DNA of 63,943 nt, filler included, from Octopus bimaculoides (taxonomy: Eukaryota), in the NCBI RefSeq assembly GCF_001194135.2. It is 7 parts of 6 records of this genome, joined end to end, with 100 filler letters (N's around TTAATTAATTAA, not from the genome) between each part and the next. Parts side by side here need not be neighbours in the genome. Positions count along the whole stretch, not along the records: positions 45,215 to 56,662 come from NC_069003.1; positions 56,763 to 62,826 come from NC_068985.1; 5 more parts are not named here. One strand, given 5' to 3'. Below are positions 49,353 through 61,306 of the stretch, piece by piece. The notes beneath the pieces are model-generated. The model made no database searches. It was not told the DNA's origin and saw only the letters and a program-made list of their open reading frames with translations. Each line of letters opens with the position of its first letter. Positions within the stretch are counted from its first letter, which is position 1. Made by a program: the position numbers and the translations under genes.

Positions 49353-51214
49353 ATACAGAAGGGATGAAAAGAGAGAGGGAAAAATATCGTAAACGATACC
49401 CAGAAACATACAGGGTAATACACACACAATAGACGTATATGCACCTACCTGTGATACTTATGAGAAATAGAGATAGATGTATAAATAAATAAATATATAA
49501 ATGGATAAATAAACAAATATATAAATATATTTGTCACATATCTGGGATAAATATAAGATATGGAGATAGATAAAATAAATAAATCTATATAAAGGGCACG
49601 GATATATACAACATACGAAGCGTACCCATACACACAGACACAAACACACACAAGAAATTTCACGGACGGCCACAGCAATGTCAACAACACGATTAACAAC
49701 GACAGCAGCAGCGGCGGTGACAATGATGGCAATAACAACAACAACTACCACGATGGTAACACCATGGGAGAATACACATACACAGAGAGATACATGAACT
49801 GTACCATATTTTCGGGTCTTAGGATAGCAGCAGCACAAGGGAGTGAGAGGATGGGGCTGCTGAGGGGAAGGACACACACACAAACAAGGACACAAACGAA
49901 TGCGCACATAAGGATAAACACCTTAGAAGAACAGAATGGAGTAAGTGGAGCAGGAACACACATACGAAAATGAAAAGTGTAGCTGAAGAGGTCACAGATG
50001 TGTATCGAAAGATTTCCGGACAATGGACATGAGATAAAATAATAAAATAAGAATAGTAATAAATGAGTGAAGGAAAAATATATATAGTGTGTGTGTTTAT
50101 TTGACAAAAAAAAAAAAAAAAAAAAAAAAAAAANNNNNNNNNNNNNNNNNNNNNNNNNNNNNNNNNNNNNNNNNNNNNNNNNNNNNNNNNNNNNNNNNNN
50201 NNNNNNNNNNNNNNNNNNNNNNNNNNNNNNNNNNNNNNNNNNNNNNNNNNNNNNNNNNNNNNNNNNNNNNNNNNNNNNNNNNNNNNNNNNNNNNNNNNNN
50301 NNNNNNNNNNNNNNNNNNNNNNNNNNNNNNNNNNNNNNNNNNNNNNNNNNNNNNNNNNNNNNNNNNNNNNNNNNNNNNNNNNNNNNNNNNNNNNNNNNNN
50401 NNNNNNNNNNNNNNNNNNNNNNNNNNNNNNNNNNNNNNNNNNNNNNNNNNNNNNNNNNNNNNNNNNNNNNNNNNNNNNNNNNNNNNNNNNNNNNNNNNNN
50501 NNNNNNNNNNNNNNNNNNNNNNNNNNNNNNNNNNNNNNNNNNNNNNNNNNNNNNNNNNNNNNNNNNNNNNNNNNNNNNNNNNNNNNNNNNNNNNNNNNNN
50601 NNNNNNNNNNNNNNNNNNNNNNNNNNNNNNNNNNNNNNNNNNNNNNNNNNNNNNNNNNNNNNNNNNNNNNNNNNNNNNNNNNNNNNNNNNNNNNNNNNNN
50701 NNNNNNNNNNNNNNNNNNNNNNNNNNNNNNNNNNNNNNNNNNNNNNNNNNNNNNNNNNNNNNNNNNNNNNNNNNNNNNNNNNNNNNNNNNNNNNNNNNNN
50801 NNNNNNNNNNNNNNNNNNNNNNNNNNNNNNNNNNNNNNNNNNNNNNNNNNNNNNNNNNTCCTAATGTCCCCCGCCCCAACCACCGCCGCCGCTGTCAGCG
50901 TATTTAATTAAGTGTCCTTCTTGTTCAACGATGGTTAGATGTATTTCAAGTGGGATCTGGGGTGATATTTTTAGCAAGTTGAATGAGAGCATGGCAACTC
51001 ATTCGTTTGTAGTAGTAATGGTGGTATAGGCGGTAGTGGTAACAGCTTCAATAGGGATTGTGGTGATGGTTATGGGGCGGTTATTGTAGTAGGAGTAGCA
51101 GTAGCAACAAGAACAAGAGTAGTAGTAGTAGTAGTGGTATCTCAACCTCAAGCATCCCGCTTTGATTCTTCGCCCGAATGGGAATACGTTGCCCAACAAA
51201 TTCTTTTATTGTTT

Positions 51215-51411
51215 TACTTGTTTCAGTCATTTGACTCCGGGCCATGCTAGAGCACCGCCTTTAGTTGAAAGAAATCGACCCCAGGATTTATTCTTTGTAA
51301 GTCTAGTGCAGAATCGCTAAGTTACGGGGACGTAATCACACCAACATCGGTTGTCAAGCGATGATGGGGGTACAAACACAGACACAAATACATACATACA
51401 TACACATATAC

Positions 51412-51480
<69 letters not shown>

Positions 51481-52320
51481 AGTATTATAAACCGATTTCA
51501 TTCGGGTCTACTTGGGTCACATTTTAAAGATGAGGAATTTTGCCCTAGAGGCAATTGATCAAACATTTGAGCCTTTCAATTGAGCAAACTGAAAGTTGCC
51601 ATGCAAACTCCCTTACACTTTTAACATAGGTGTGCAAATTTTCAGGTCAGTCCGACAACATTTACTAACACTTTTGCCTGCACAACTACTTGTGAAACAA
51701 CTTCTGCCCTTTATATATATATATATATATNNNNNNNNNNNNNNNNNNNNNNNNNNNNNNNNNNNNNNNNNNNNNNNNNNNNNNNNNNNNNNNNNNNNNN
51801 NNNNNNNNNNNNNNNNNNNNNNNNNNNNNNNNNNNNNNNNNNNNNNNNNNNNNNNNNNNNNNNNNNNNNNNNNNNNNNNNNNNNNNNNNNNNNNNNNNNN
51901 NNNNNNNNNNNNNNNNNNNNNNNNNNNNNNNNNNNNNNNNNNNNNNNNNNNNNNNNNNNNNNNNNNNNNNNNNNNNNNNNNNNNNNNNNNNNNNNNNNNN
52001 NNNNNNNNNNNNNNNNNNNNNNNNNNNNNNNNNNNNNNNNNNNNNNNNNNNNNNNNNNNNNNNNNNNNNNNNNNNNNNNNNNNNNNNNNNNNNNNNNNNN
52101 NNNNNNNNNNNNNNNNNNNNNNNNNNNNNNNNNNNNNNNNNNNNNNNNNNTATATGACAGGCTTCTTTCAGTTTCCGTCTACCAAATCCACTCACAAGGC
52201 TTTGGTCGGTCCGTGGCTATAGTAGAAAACACTTGCCCAAGGTGCTACACAGTGGGACTAAATACGGAACCATGTAGTTGGGAAGCAAGCTCTTACTACA
52301 CAGCCACTCCTGCGCCTATG
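51215..52320 (-). mobile_element. Family B SINE tail (51215-51400) and head (52151-52320) separated by microsatellites, unrelated sequence and a gap
   Basis: TTACTTGTTTCAGTCATTTGACTCCGGGCCATGC...TAAGTTACGGGGACGTAA and CAGGCTTCTTTCAGTTTCCGTCTACCAAATCCACTCACAAGGC...CACAGCCACTCCTGCGCCT. These may be one interrupted copy or two copies. Confidence 0.6.
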
Positions 52321-52619
52321 TCTACATGTTTACGTTTTCTGTGACACTTTAGGGTATGATCTGAGGTAGATTTAGCTGCCATTTCTATGAGTTAGACCGA
52401 TCGACCTTGTGGAGGTAGATGTCTTTCCTCAATGACTCGTCTCGCTAAAACTAGTTAATGCAGAATGAGGGCGATATTTAGCGCTGCTTATGTGTAGCCG
52501 TCACTCGCAAGCGAGTATGAATTGATAGCGTGTACCATGTTTTTACTAATTGTTTTAGGGGGCCTATGTGGTCAAAAGCAGAGATAGAACCCCCGTTGAT
52601 CTGTTCCACAATTGGGAGG

Positions 52620-53030
52620 AACAAAGTGAAAGAGAAAGAGAGAGAGAGAAAGAAAGAGAGAGAGAAAGCGAGAGAGAGAAAAAAAGAAAGAAAGAGAGAG
52701 ATAGACAAGAGAGAAAAAAATGAGGAGAAAGTGGTAGACAGAAGGACAGAGAGGGAGAGAAACAGAATGGCAAAGAGAGAAGGAGTGAGAGAGAGAGAGA
52801 GGGAGTGAGAGAGAAGGAGTGAGAGAGAGAGAGAAGGAGTGAGAGAGGATTGAGAGAGAAGGAAAGAGACAAGGAGAGAGAGAGAGAAGGAGTGAGAGAG
52901 AAGGAAAGAGACAAGGAGAGAGAGAAGGAGTGAGAGAGAAGGAAAGAGACAGACAAGGAGAGAAAGAGAGAGAGAGAAGGAAAGAGACAAGGAGAGTGAG
53001 TGAGAGAGAGAGAGAGAGAGAGAGAGATTA
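52620..53030. repeat. Long polypurine (GA-rich) tract
   Basis: Degenerate GAGA/GAAGGAGT/GACAAG repeats; source of the SLSL and ERER ORFs. Confidence 0.9.
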
Positions 53031-54539
53031 CCCACCAAACTAATATAGTACCAACACATATTACCCGCCAACTAAACCAAATTAACCTCCAATAATTAAG
53101 AGTTTAAAAGCAATCATCGGCGTTTAGGTCAAACTTATGAAAATGTTTTGCACTGGGAAAGGGTTAAACGAGGTCAATAATCTGCATAAAATGCCAGAGC
53201 TGGGGAAATGTAGAAACGTTTGGTCCAAACGAATAAATGGGAATTGTTTATTGGCAAAGAGCCGATACGGGATAAAGATCTAACTATCAAATTATCAATA
53301 ACAATGGCGTCACTAGGAATGATGGGATTACGTTCCTATATCACTTCTATTTCATTTCCGGTTTAAGACATACGCTGAGAGAGTAATTAACAATGGATGA
53401 CATTGTCAACCGGAAGTTGGCACGGCATACTGGGCACAGTTTGTCTTCTGTTAGTTAATTGCTGCAACAACTTATCAATCGTTTAAATATATTGTAAATA
53501 CACACACAGACATATATATATATACTCACATATATTCACTTACACGCCTACATATACACGTACACATACACACTTCTCTATGTCTATGTATGTACGTATG
53601 AATGTCTGATTATGAATGTGTATGTGTGTATATNNNNNNNNNNCTATCTATCTATCTATCTATCTATCTATTTATCTGATGCACACGTACATTCATATAT
53701 CGAGTTATATATGTATGTACGTCTTTGTGCAAGTGTGATGTATGCGAGAGCGCGTATATGTGTGTGTGCGAGTGTTTGTATATATGTGTACATATATAAA
53801 TATAAATATATTTATACACACACACACACACACATATATATGTACATATGTACACACACATATATATCCATGCATGTGTATATATATATATATATGTACA
53901 TACATACATATATGTATATATATACATAAATGCATATATATACATAAATGCATATATATACAGATATATATATATGTATATACATATATATATATATATG
54001 TATATACATATATATACACATATATATATATATACACACATATATGTATACACACACACACACATCTATATATATAATATAAATATACATTCATACATAA
54101 ACACACAAACACACAAACAGACATATATATATGAAATATATATATATGCATATGCATACATGCGCGTACACACACGTTTTCTCTCTCCTTCACTCTCCCT
54201 TTCTCTCTCTCTCTCTGTCTCGGGGAAAGACACTGCAGACAGCTAGCGTTATAAATTCATTCTTTCACTGAACTTAATCTAGATCGTTTCCATACCAGAT
54301 CAATATCCGGGCATTTTAGAAATTATATTAGTTTTCAATATCAATACTCTTTGCATCGTCTGATTCAGCTTCCGGTGTGAGAATGGGTGTTATTTGGTGT
54401 AGAATGGCCCAGTATTCTTGGAATCTTTGAAATATGGATAGAATGAACTTGTCAACAGATAGCGGTCTTCATCAGCTCGACAATGGCTGTTTGTATGTCT
54501 TGCGACTATCTCGGCCATATCATATATTCACACTGCTGC

Positions 54540-54716
54540 ATGCCTGTCTGGCTGCCTGTCTGGCTGCCTGTCTGGCTGCCTGTCTGGCTGCCTGTCTGGC
54601 TGCCTGTCTGGCTGCCTGTCTGGCTGCCTGTCTGGCTGCCTGTCTGGCTGCCTGTCTGGCTGCCTGTCTGGCTGCCTGTCTGGCTGCCTGTCTGGCTGCC
54701 TGTCTGGCTGCCTGGC
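54540..54716. repeat. 12-bp minisatellite (GCCTGTCTGGCT)n, about 14-15 units
   Basis: Perfect tandem array; explains the AACL, LPVW and QAAR ORFs. Confidence 0.95.
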
Positions 54717-55439
54717 TACACACTTGGTTGGTTAAGCGTGTGTATTTGTGTTTTTATGTTTATATGTACGTGTTTGTGTTTTTTATGTTTACAAGTGCGT
54801 GTGTTTGTGTTTGTATGTGTGCGTGTGTGTGTGCCTCTGTGTGTATGTGTATTTTTATGTGCGTGTCTGCCTGTGTATGTATTTGTGTGTGTATTTTTGG
54901 GTTTATGCATGTTTGTATGTGTGCGCGAATATCTGTGTGTGTATGTATGTGCACGTGTGTGCGTGAATGTGTGTATGTGCGTGAATGTGTGTGTGTGTGT
55001 GTGTGTTGTCATCGGCAAATTGCGGCTCTCACAAAATATCACCTTGAATTTATTTTTAGTGGTGCGGCCCACCTGATGTTTCGCTATGTTTCATGCGGCC
55101 CGATTCTTGGAGAAAGGTTTTCCATGTCTGGATTAAAGGCTGGTCGTCGATTATCTTCGAACAGCGCCAACTGAGAACTGGCAGCTAATGCGCGCGCGCG
55201 CGATGTGCGTGCGTGTGCCTGTGTATGTGTGTATATGCGTGTGTGCATTTGTATGTGGGCGCGCGCGCATGTGTGTGTTGGTGCGCAAGCGCGTATGTGT
55301 GTTGTGCGTTCGCGTGCGATTATTCACCCTTACACATACAAACTGTTACACGATGAACAAATACACACACACACACGTATACACACACAAACACACACAC
55401 TTATCGTCTAATTTTGTTGTTTCTGTCTTTAATTTTTAT

Positions 55440-55855
55440 CTTTTACGTTTCACTCATTGGATTGCGGCCATGCTGGAGCACAGCCTAGAAGGGTTTTTGT
55501 AAAAAATATCAATTCCAGTAATAATAATAAATAAAAAACAATGTTTGATACTTCCATCGGTTTCTTTTTTCAGAACCAGTCAGTTACGGGAATCTAAACA
55601 AACCAACACCGGTTGTCAAGCGGTGGTGGAATACTACTTCAAACACAAAGACACACACACGCACACACACATGCGCACATGCATACATATGCACACATAC
55701 ACACATACGACGGCGGGTTTCTTTTAGTTTCCGTCTATCAAGGTTTTGGTCGGCCCGGGCCTATAGTAGGAAACACATGCTCAAGGTGCTGTGCAGTGGG
55801 ACTGAACCCAAGACCATAGGGTTAATGAGCAAGCTTCTTAACCACACAGCCTGCG
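55440..55855 (-). mobile_element. Family B SINE, gap-free copy with head, (TG)-rich microsatellite and tail
   Basis: Minus strand CGCAGGCTGTGTGGTTAAGAAGCTTGC...GGTTCAGTCCCACTGC...CCTTGAGCATGTGTTTCC...GATAGACGGAAACTAAAAGAAACCCG, then the TG tract, then ...CTTGACAACCGGTGTTGG...CTCCAGCATGGCCGCAATCC. Confidence 0.75.
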
Positions 55856-55888
55856 TATTTTTTTTCTGTATAACACAGCTTCTCGTGA

Positions 55889-56215
55889 AGGCGCATGGCT
55901 CAGTGGTTAGTGCGTCGAGCTTACAATCATGAGGTAATGAGTTCGGTTTCCGGACCGGGCTGTGCGTTGTGTTCTTGAGCAAGACACTTTATTTTCATGT
56001 TGCTTCAGTTCACTCAGCTGTAGAAATGAGTTGTGACGTCACTGGTACCAAGCTGTCTCGTCCTTTACGTTTCTTTTGGATAACATCGGTGGCGTGGAGA
56101 GGGGATACTGGTCTTAAAACAAACATTGCCCGGATTTGTGCATTTGAGGGGAATTTTCTAGGTGCAATCCCATAATCATTCATGATCGAAGGGGGTCTTT
56201 ACTCTTTTACCCTTA
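55889..56215 (+). mobile_element. tRNA-derived CORE-like SINE (family C)
   Basis: GGCGCATGGCTCAGTGGTTAG (A box), GAGTTCGGTTTCC (B-box-like), then GTTGTGTTCTTGAGCAAGACACTTTA...CAGTTCACTCAGCTGTAGAAATGAG, resembling the CORE domain. Confidence 0.7.
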
Positions 56216-56520
56216 TAACAATTTCTTGAGCAAATCAGCGTCCACGACTGTTCTCACCTTCAAAGCGCCCGCTTCAGTTACGATATTTTTTAGAATCAAT
56301 ACTGAGCAGAACTGTTCTCTGGTCGTCTCCTGAACAAATCTTTGGTTGATAATGTAAGAAGTTTCTGCTGTTTTGAGTAACATTTTAAACTCGTACATCA
56401 AAATCGCTCGAATTTGCTCTTCTCCGAATTTTAATCTGACCACCTGAGATAAACAAGGATATGCGAAACTATGAGCAGAAATCAAGACCGAAATCGCCTA
56501 TTCCGAATGGTGTATTACTT
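56213..56520 (-). mobile_element. Mariner transposase N-terminal (HTH) fragment
   Basis: EEQIRAILMYEFKMLLKTAETSYIINQRFVQETTREQ resembles Hsmar1/SETMAR-type FRAIFLFEFKMGRKAAETTRNINNAFG. Confidence 0.7.
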
Positions 56521-56612
56521 GAAGATGGTTAAATAAAAGTTTATTCTCGAATAAGTATGAAATTTAAAGACAATAAGATAAAACCGAAATTATTTATACA
56601 CTATCTATCTAT

Positions 56613-56662
<50 letters not shown>

Positions 56663-56762
56663 NNNNNNNNNNNNNNNNNNNNNNNNNNNNNNNNNNNNNN
56701 NNNNNNTTAATTAATTAANNNNNNNNNNNNNNNNNNNNNNNNNNNNNNNNNNNNNNNNNNNN
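56663..56762. other. Artificial 100-bp scaffold spacer
   Basis: 44N-TTAATTAATTAA(56707-56718)-44N. Confidence 0.95.
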
Positions 56763-56804
<42 letters not shown>

Positions 56805-57208
56805 CACATGCATATATGGGTACAGGATGTCACCAACAGTAAACAACATGAAATACGAAAACAAATGAGTTCAATACGTAAACAACGAGAGAATCAAATG
56901 GAAAACAGGACACGTAACACAAAGAATGACTCTTCATCAGTTGTCGGTTGTCTATCTACTCCTCTCGGAGAATCAAGAACTCACAGTTAGCAGTGCCGTA
57001 AGGAATTAGCAATCAGTTCACATAGTAATTAAATAATGTAGTTTAACTTGTCCATGCAACCCACAATCCAGAACATAGAAGCAATAAATATTTCCATGAG
57101 AGTAAATAAAAAACAAAAATCCAGTAAGTAAATGCAGATCTATTACGTACATATGATTTCCATATAGATAGATAAGTAGATAGATAGATAGATAGATAGA
57201 TAGATATT

Positions 57209-57288
<80 letters not shown>

Positions 57289-57892
57289 TTCCATATAGAT
57301 AGATAAGTAGATAGATATGCACATATATGTATACACACACACACACACACACACACATGTATGTATGTATGTATTGTTTGTTTGAGAAATTTGCTATCTC
57401 CATATTGATGGGAAAACAAATATGAGTTTAATGCATACGTAATGAGATCATATCGTTATGTATATATTTATGTGTGAGTGTAAATATATATGGTAATATA
57501 TATATATTTGCATTTTTATCTTTACGTATATATCTAAATGTGTGTAGATATATGCGTGTGTTTATGTATGTATTGATATACAAGAAGTTTTCGTCAACTG
57601 ATATAATGTAATAGATATATAGTATGAGTGCTCTGTTTGGTTTACCATTAAAACTCCGGTTTGAATTGCAACTGAAAAGTGCAGTGTTGAGATGCCTATC
57701 AGAGGACACTGGAAATGGTTTCTCCTTCAGCAGGTAGATATAGATTAAATTAAAATAGAAAATGAAAAAAGCAAAACATTTGGCATCATTCGAAAAAGAT
57801 CCCATTTAATTTAGGTAGAGAGCATGTATGTATGTATGTATGTATGTATGTATNNNNNNNNNNTGTATGTATGTATGTATGTATGTATGTAT

Positions 57893-58130
57893 GCATGGCT
57901 CAGTGGTTAAGGGCATTTGTCTCACGATCGCAAGGTCGTGATTTCGATTCCAGGCGGCACGTTGTGTCCTTGAGCCAGGCATTTTATTTCACGTTGCTCC
58001 TGGTCATTCAGCTGGCAAAAGTGAGTGGTACCTGTATTTCAAAAAGATTAGCCTTTTGAGAACTACGTTAAGGGTACACGTGTCTGTGGAGTGCTCAACC
58101 ACTTGCACGTTGATTTTATGAGCAGGCTGT
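57893..58130 (+). mobile_element. CORE-like SINE variant with a different 3' tail
   Basis: GCATGGCTCAGTGGTTAAG...GTTGTGTCCTTGAGCCAGGCATTTTATTTCACGTTGCTCC, then AGGGTACACGTGTCTGTGGAGTGCTCAACCACTTGCACGTT...GAGCAGGCTGTTCCG; the same tail is reversed at about 63715-63830. Confidence 0.7.
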
Positions 58131-58525
58131 TCCGTTTATACACTATCAAGTTTCTTATGTTTTACACACAAGAACGAAAACGAGAACGTTAACAAAAACG
58201 AAGAAAGCTAGAATTATACAAATAGAACAGAACGTCTTTCGGCTATACAATAGAAGTGAAAAAAATTGTACATATACGAATACAAATAAATAAATAACAG
58301 AAAGGGTCTTTCGACAATCGGACGAACGTCACGTTTTGAAATAATAATGCAAGTGCAACAGAAAAAGAAATATACAATGGACAAATGCCTTTCGTCTATA
58401 CAGCAAAGGGGAAATAATTGTACAATTACAACATAAATAACAAATAGGGTATTTCGACTATCAGATGAACGTAGTAAGCTAGCGCAAAAGAAAAATAGAA
58501 AATATTAACAGCCTGGGCGGGAGGC

Positions 58526-59049
58526 GAAATTTTTTTCCACGAGAGTTCCGGATCCTAGTAATGAACTCATTTGCATACAACCAATCAGAGCTCACCTTGA
58601 CTTCGTTGTCAAGTTAACAAACACACTCTACCAAGTAAACCCAAGACGAAGAATGGTGTAAATCCACCGATCGCCAAGTTATGCCTGGTTTTAGGAGACG
58701 AGTAATTAGATTTGCATCTACACCTATTATCGGATTTTGTTAGGGCCCCATATGGTAAAGATGTGGATGGGAAAAGTGTGGGAAGAGGGTGATGTGCGAG
58801 CAACCCTCTCCCCTTACTGTTTTAGAAAGTAAACACCAACACAAATAACTACGCAGAGGCAGACATGGTTGAAACAAGAACAAGATGAAGAAGCATTATT
58901 AAGAGAAAAGAAGCATGGTCATTCCTTACCCAAGTGACCTTATCTTATCGCCCATCACTTGTTATGCGCTCATGAATTAGTTTGGTAGTTGAACTCTGAT
59001 TGGCTGTATGCAACTCTCAGGTCTGGAACTCTCGTGGGGAAAAAATTTC
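58526..59049. repeat. Pair of about 70-bp imperfect inverted repeats (58526-58595; 58984-59049)
   Basis: CGAAATTTTTTTCCACGAGAGTTCCGGA...TGCATACAACCAATCAGAGCTC versus GAACTCTGATTGGCTGTATGCA...TCTGGAACTCTCGTGGGAAAAAATTTCG. Confidence 0.7.
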
Positions 59050-59274
59050 GTTGGCGGGAGGACAGGCGAACGTGACCAGGCTGGTCGAAAAATGCCTTAG
59101 CCGGATAGCGATCACGTGGTAGGAGAGGGTAGGAGTTGATGGATTAAGGAATAGATGAGAGGGAAAAGGAATCAGAGAGATTATATATATCTTTATTGTC
59201 CACAAGCGGCTAAATATAGAGTGGACAAACAAGGACAGACAAATGAATTAAGTCGGTTACATCGACGCCAGTGC

Positions 59275-59370
59275 ATAACTGGTACTTATTTCATCCCCGA
59301 AAGAATGAAAGACAAAGTCGACCTCGGCGGAATTTGAACTCAGAACGTAAAGACAGACGAAATACCGATT
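59275..59370 (-). mobile_element. Family A SINE fragment
   Basis: CTGGTACTTATTTCATCCCCGAAAGAATGAAAGACAAAGTCGACCTCGGCGGAATTTGAACTCAGAACGTAAAGACAGACGAAATACCG. Confidence 0.75.
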
Positions 59371-59472
59371 TCTTTATAAAGCATAAAGCCCTAAACATAG
59401 ATGGAGACCCACAAGAACAGACAAGACCACAGTGGGGGACAAAAAACAAAACGAATGTAAATAAGATGAAAG

Positions 59473-60700
59473 TTATATAAAAATGAAAATGGACGCACGG
59501 GCCCCGCCCCACTCCCATGCAGCACCATTTGAACCGTTATATGTATTATCTACAATTGTTCTTTTTTTTTCCTTTAATTTCCTTTTTTTTTTTTGTCTTT
59601 TGTAGAACTTCATCAATGGTTCGATATCTCTCAAATCCACCACTGGTGGCAACTCTTTAAATTCCACCTCTACTCCTGGTGGGTCAATGCTATCTCCACA
59701 CATCTCTTTCAACTTTCTGTAGTTTTCCTCTTCAGTTAATATTGCCTTCATATCCTCTGCGTATATGTATGACGGCACCTTCACTCTTAGTATTGAATAA
59801 AACTTGATTATCTTTTTCTCTGTTTCAACATTTTTGTGGTACGTCACATAATACCACACTCCATCTCCTCCACGTATCTTTTTTCCTTTCTCTTGGATTT
59901 TTGGTTCTCTTTTTTCTTCCTCCATAAATAGTATCTCCATCTCACCTTCATACAGTTGGGTTTCCGACACTTTCTCCACTGGTAACTCCACTTTCTTTTT
60001 CCCTTCCTACTGCCCTCCTTCACAGTTTCTTTTCTCACCTCTTCTCTCTTCTTTTTGCGCTTCTCTGGCGGAGAACTCATTCCTCCGCTCCTCCTTTTCT
60101 TTTTAACCATAGTGAATCCCTTCTCNNNNNNNNNNATACAGTTGGGTTTCCGACACTTTCTCCACTGGTAACTCCACTTTCTTTTTCCCTTCCTACTGCC
60201 CTCCTTCACAGTTTCTTTTCTCACCTCTTCTCTCTTCTTTTTGCGCTTCTCTGGCGGAGAACTCATTCCTCCGCTCCTCCTTTTCTTTTTAACCATAGTG
60301 AATCCCTTCTCCGTTTCTTTTTCCGTTGCCTTGTCCTGTACTACCTGGTCCACACTCTCATGACTCTCCTCCTGTTCTGTTAGTATCTTTCTTTGGGTGC
60401 ACCATGCCTTCATGTGGCCTCTTTTTCCACATGGGAAACACACTGACGGCCTACCCTCCACAGTAACTCTCAGTTTCACATCTACTGGCAGCACAATCTC
60501 ATCCACCACACTGTTCAAGTCCTCCGTTGTTGCCTGAATCGTTAATTCGATACCATAACCCCAGTAACCTACCTTCTGGGTCCTTGTAGCCTTCAGAATC
60601 TTCCCGTCTTTCATATTGAATGTTATGGCTGTCATCAGCCATTCTTCTTTCAATTCGGGTGGCAGATTAATTTCTCTGTAAACTTGCCACCGCCAACATA
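59473..60700 (-). mobile_element. Gag-like ORF1 of an L1/Tx1-type retroelement with CCHC knuckle; one frameshift; no ORF2 seen
   Basis: EINLPPELKEEWLMTAI...KLRVTVEGRPSVCFPCGKRGHMKAWC (CX2CX4HX4C), then a charged linker; a second frame continues ELPVEKVSETQLYEGE...KLKEKK. About 175 bp is duplicated across the 9-N gap near 60130, an assembly overlap. Confidence 0.75.
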
Positions 60701-61023
60701 ATCAGTTCTAAAGATACATCACTACCGCTACCAACACTAACACCACCATCACATCACAAATATCAATACCAACACCACCGTTAGCACCGACACAACGCCA
60801 ATCCCTCACAACATCGACACCAACACCAACACCACCAACGCTAATACTACCATCAGCCCTATTAACACCACCACCATCACTACTATAATATATGACTTCA
60901 TTTCCAGTCGTCCTAATACTGTCTGTTAACACTATTGTTTTGTATTGTTTTGGTTGTTGTGCCAAGTCGTGTTGGGAACTTTCTGGCACCGAGCTGACAG
61001 TTTCATTATTTATTTGAATTTCA

Positions 61024-61107
<84 letters not shown>

Positions 61108-61254
61108 TCTCACACACACACACTCACACACTTTTTCTGTCTCTGTTCCCGTTCTGTGACATATGCATATTACTCACCTCACCTCAATTTGCATGTATAG
61201 TTGCAAATACACAGGCACACGCACACACATGTGTACGATATTTATATGTGCGTT

Positions 61255-61306
<52 letters not shown>

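Noticed and set aside
54434-55174. 246-aa ORF with (AACL)n as a repetitive or membrane protein
   Set aside because: It is formed by the 12-bp minisatellite plus TG-rich microsatellite; being open on both strands is a property of the repeat unit.
59950-60310. Internal tandem duplication within the gag-like ORF1
   Set aside because: The copies look identical and flank a 9-N gap, the signature of unmerged overlapping contig ends.
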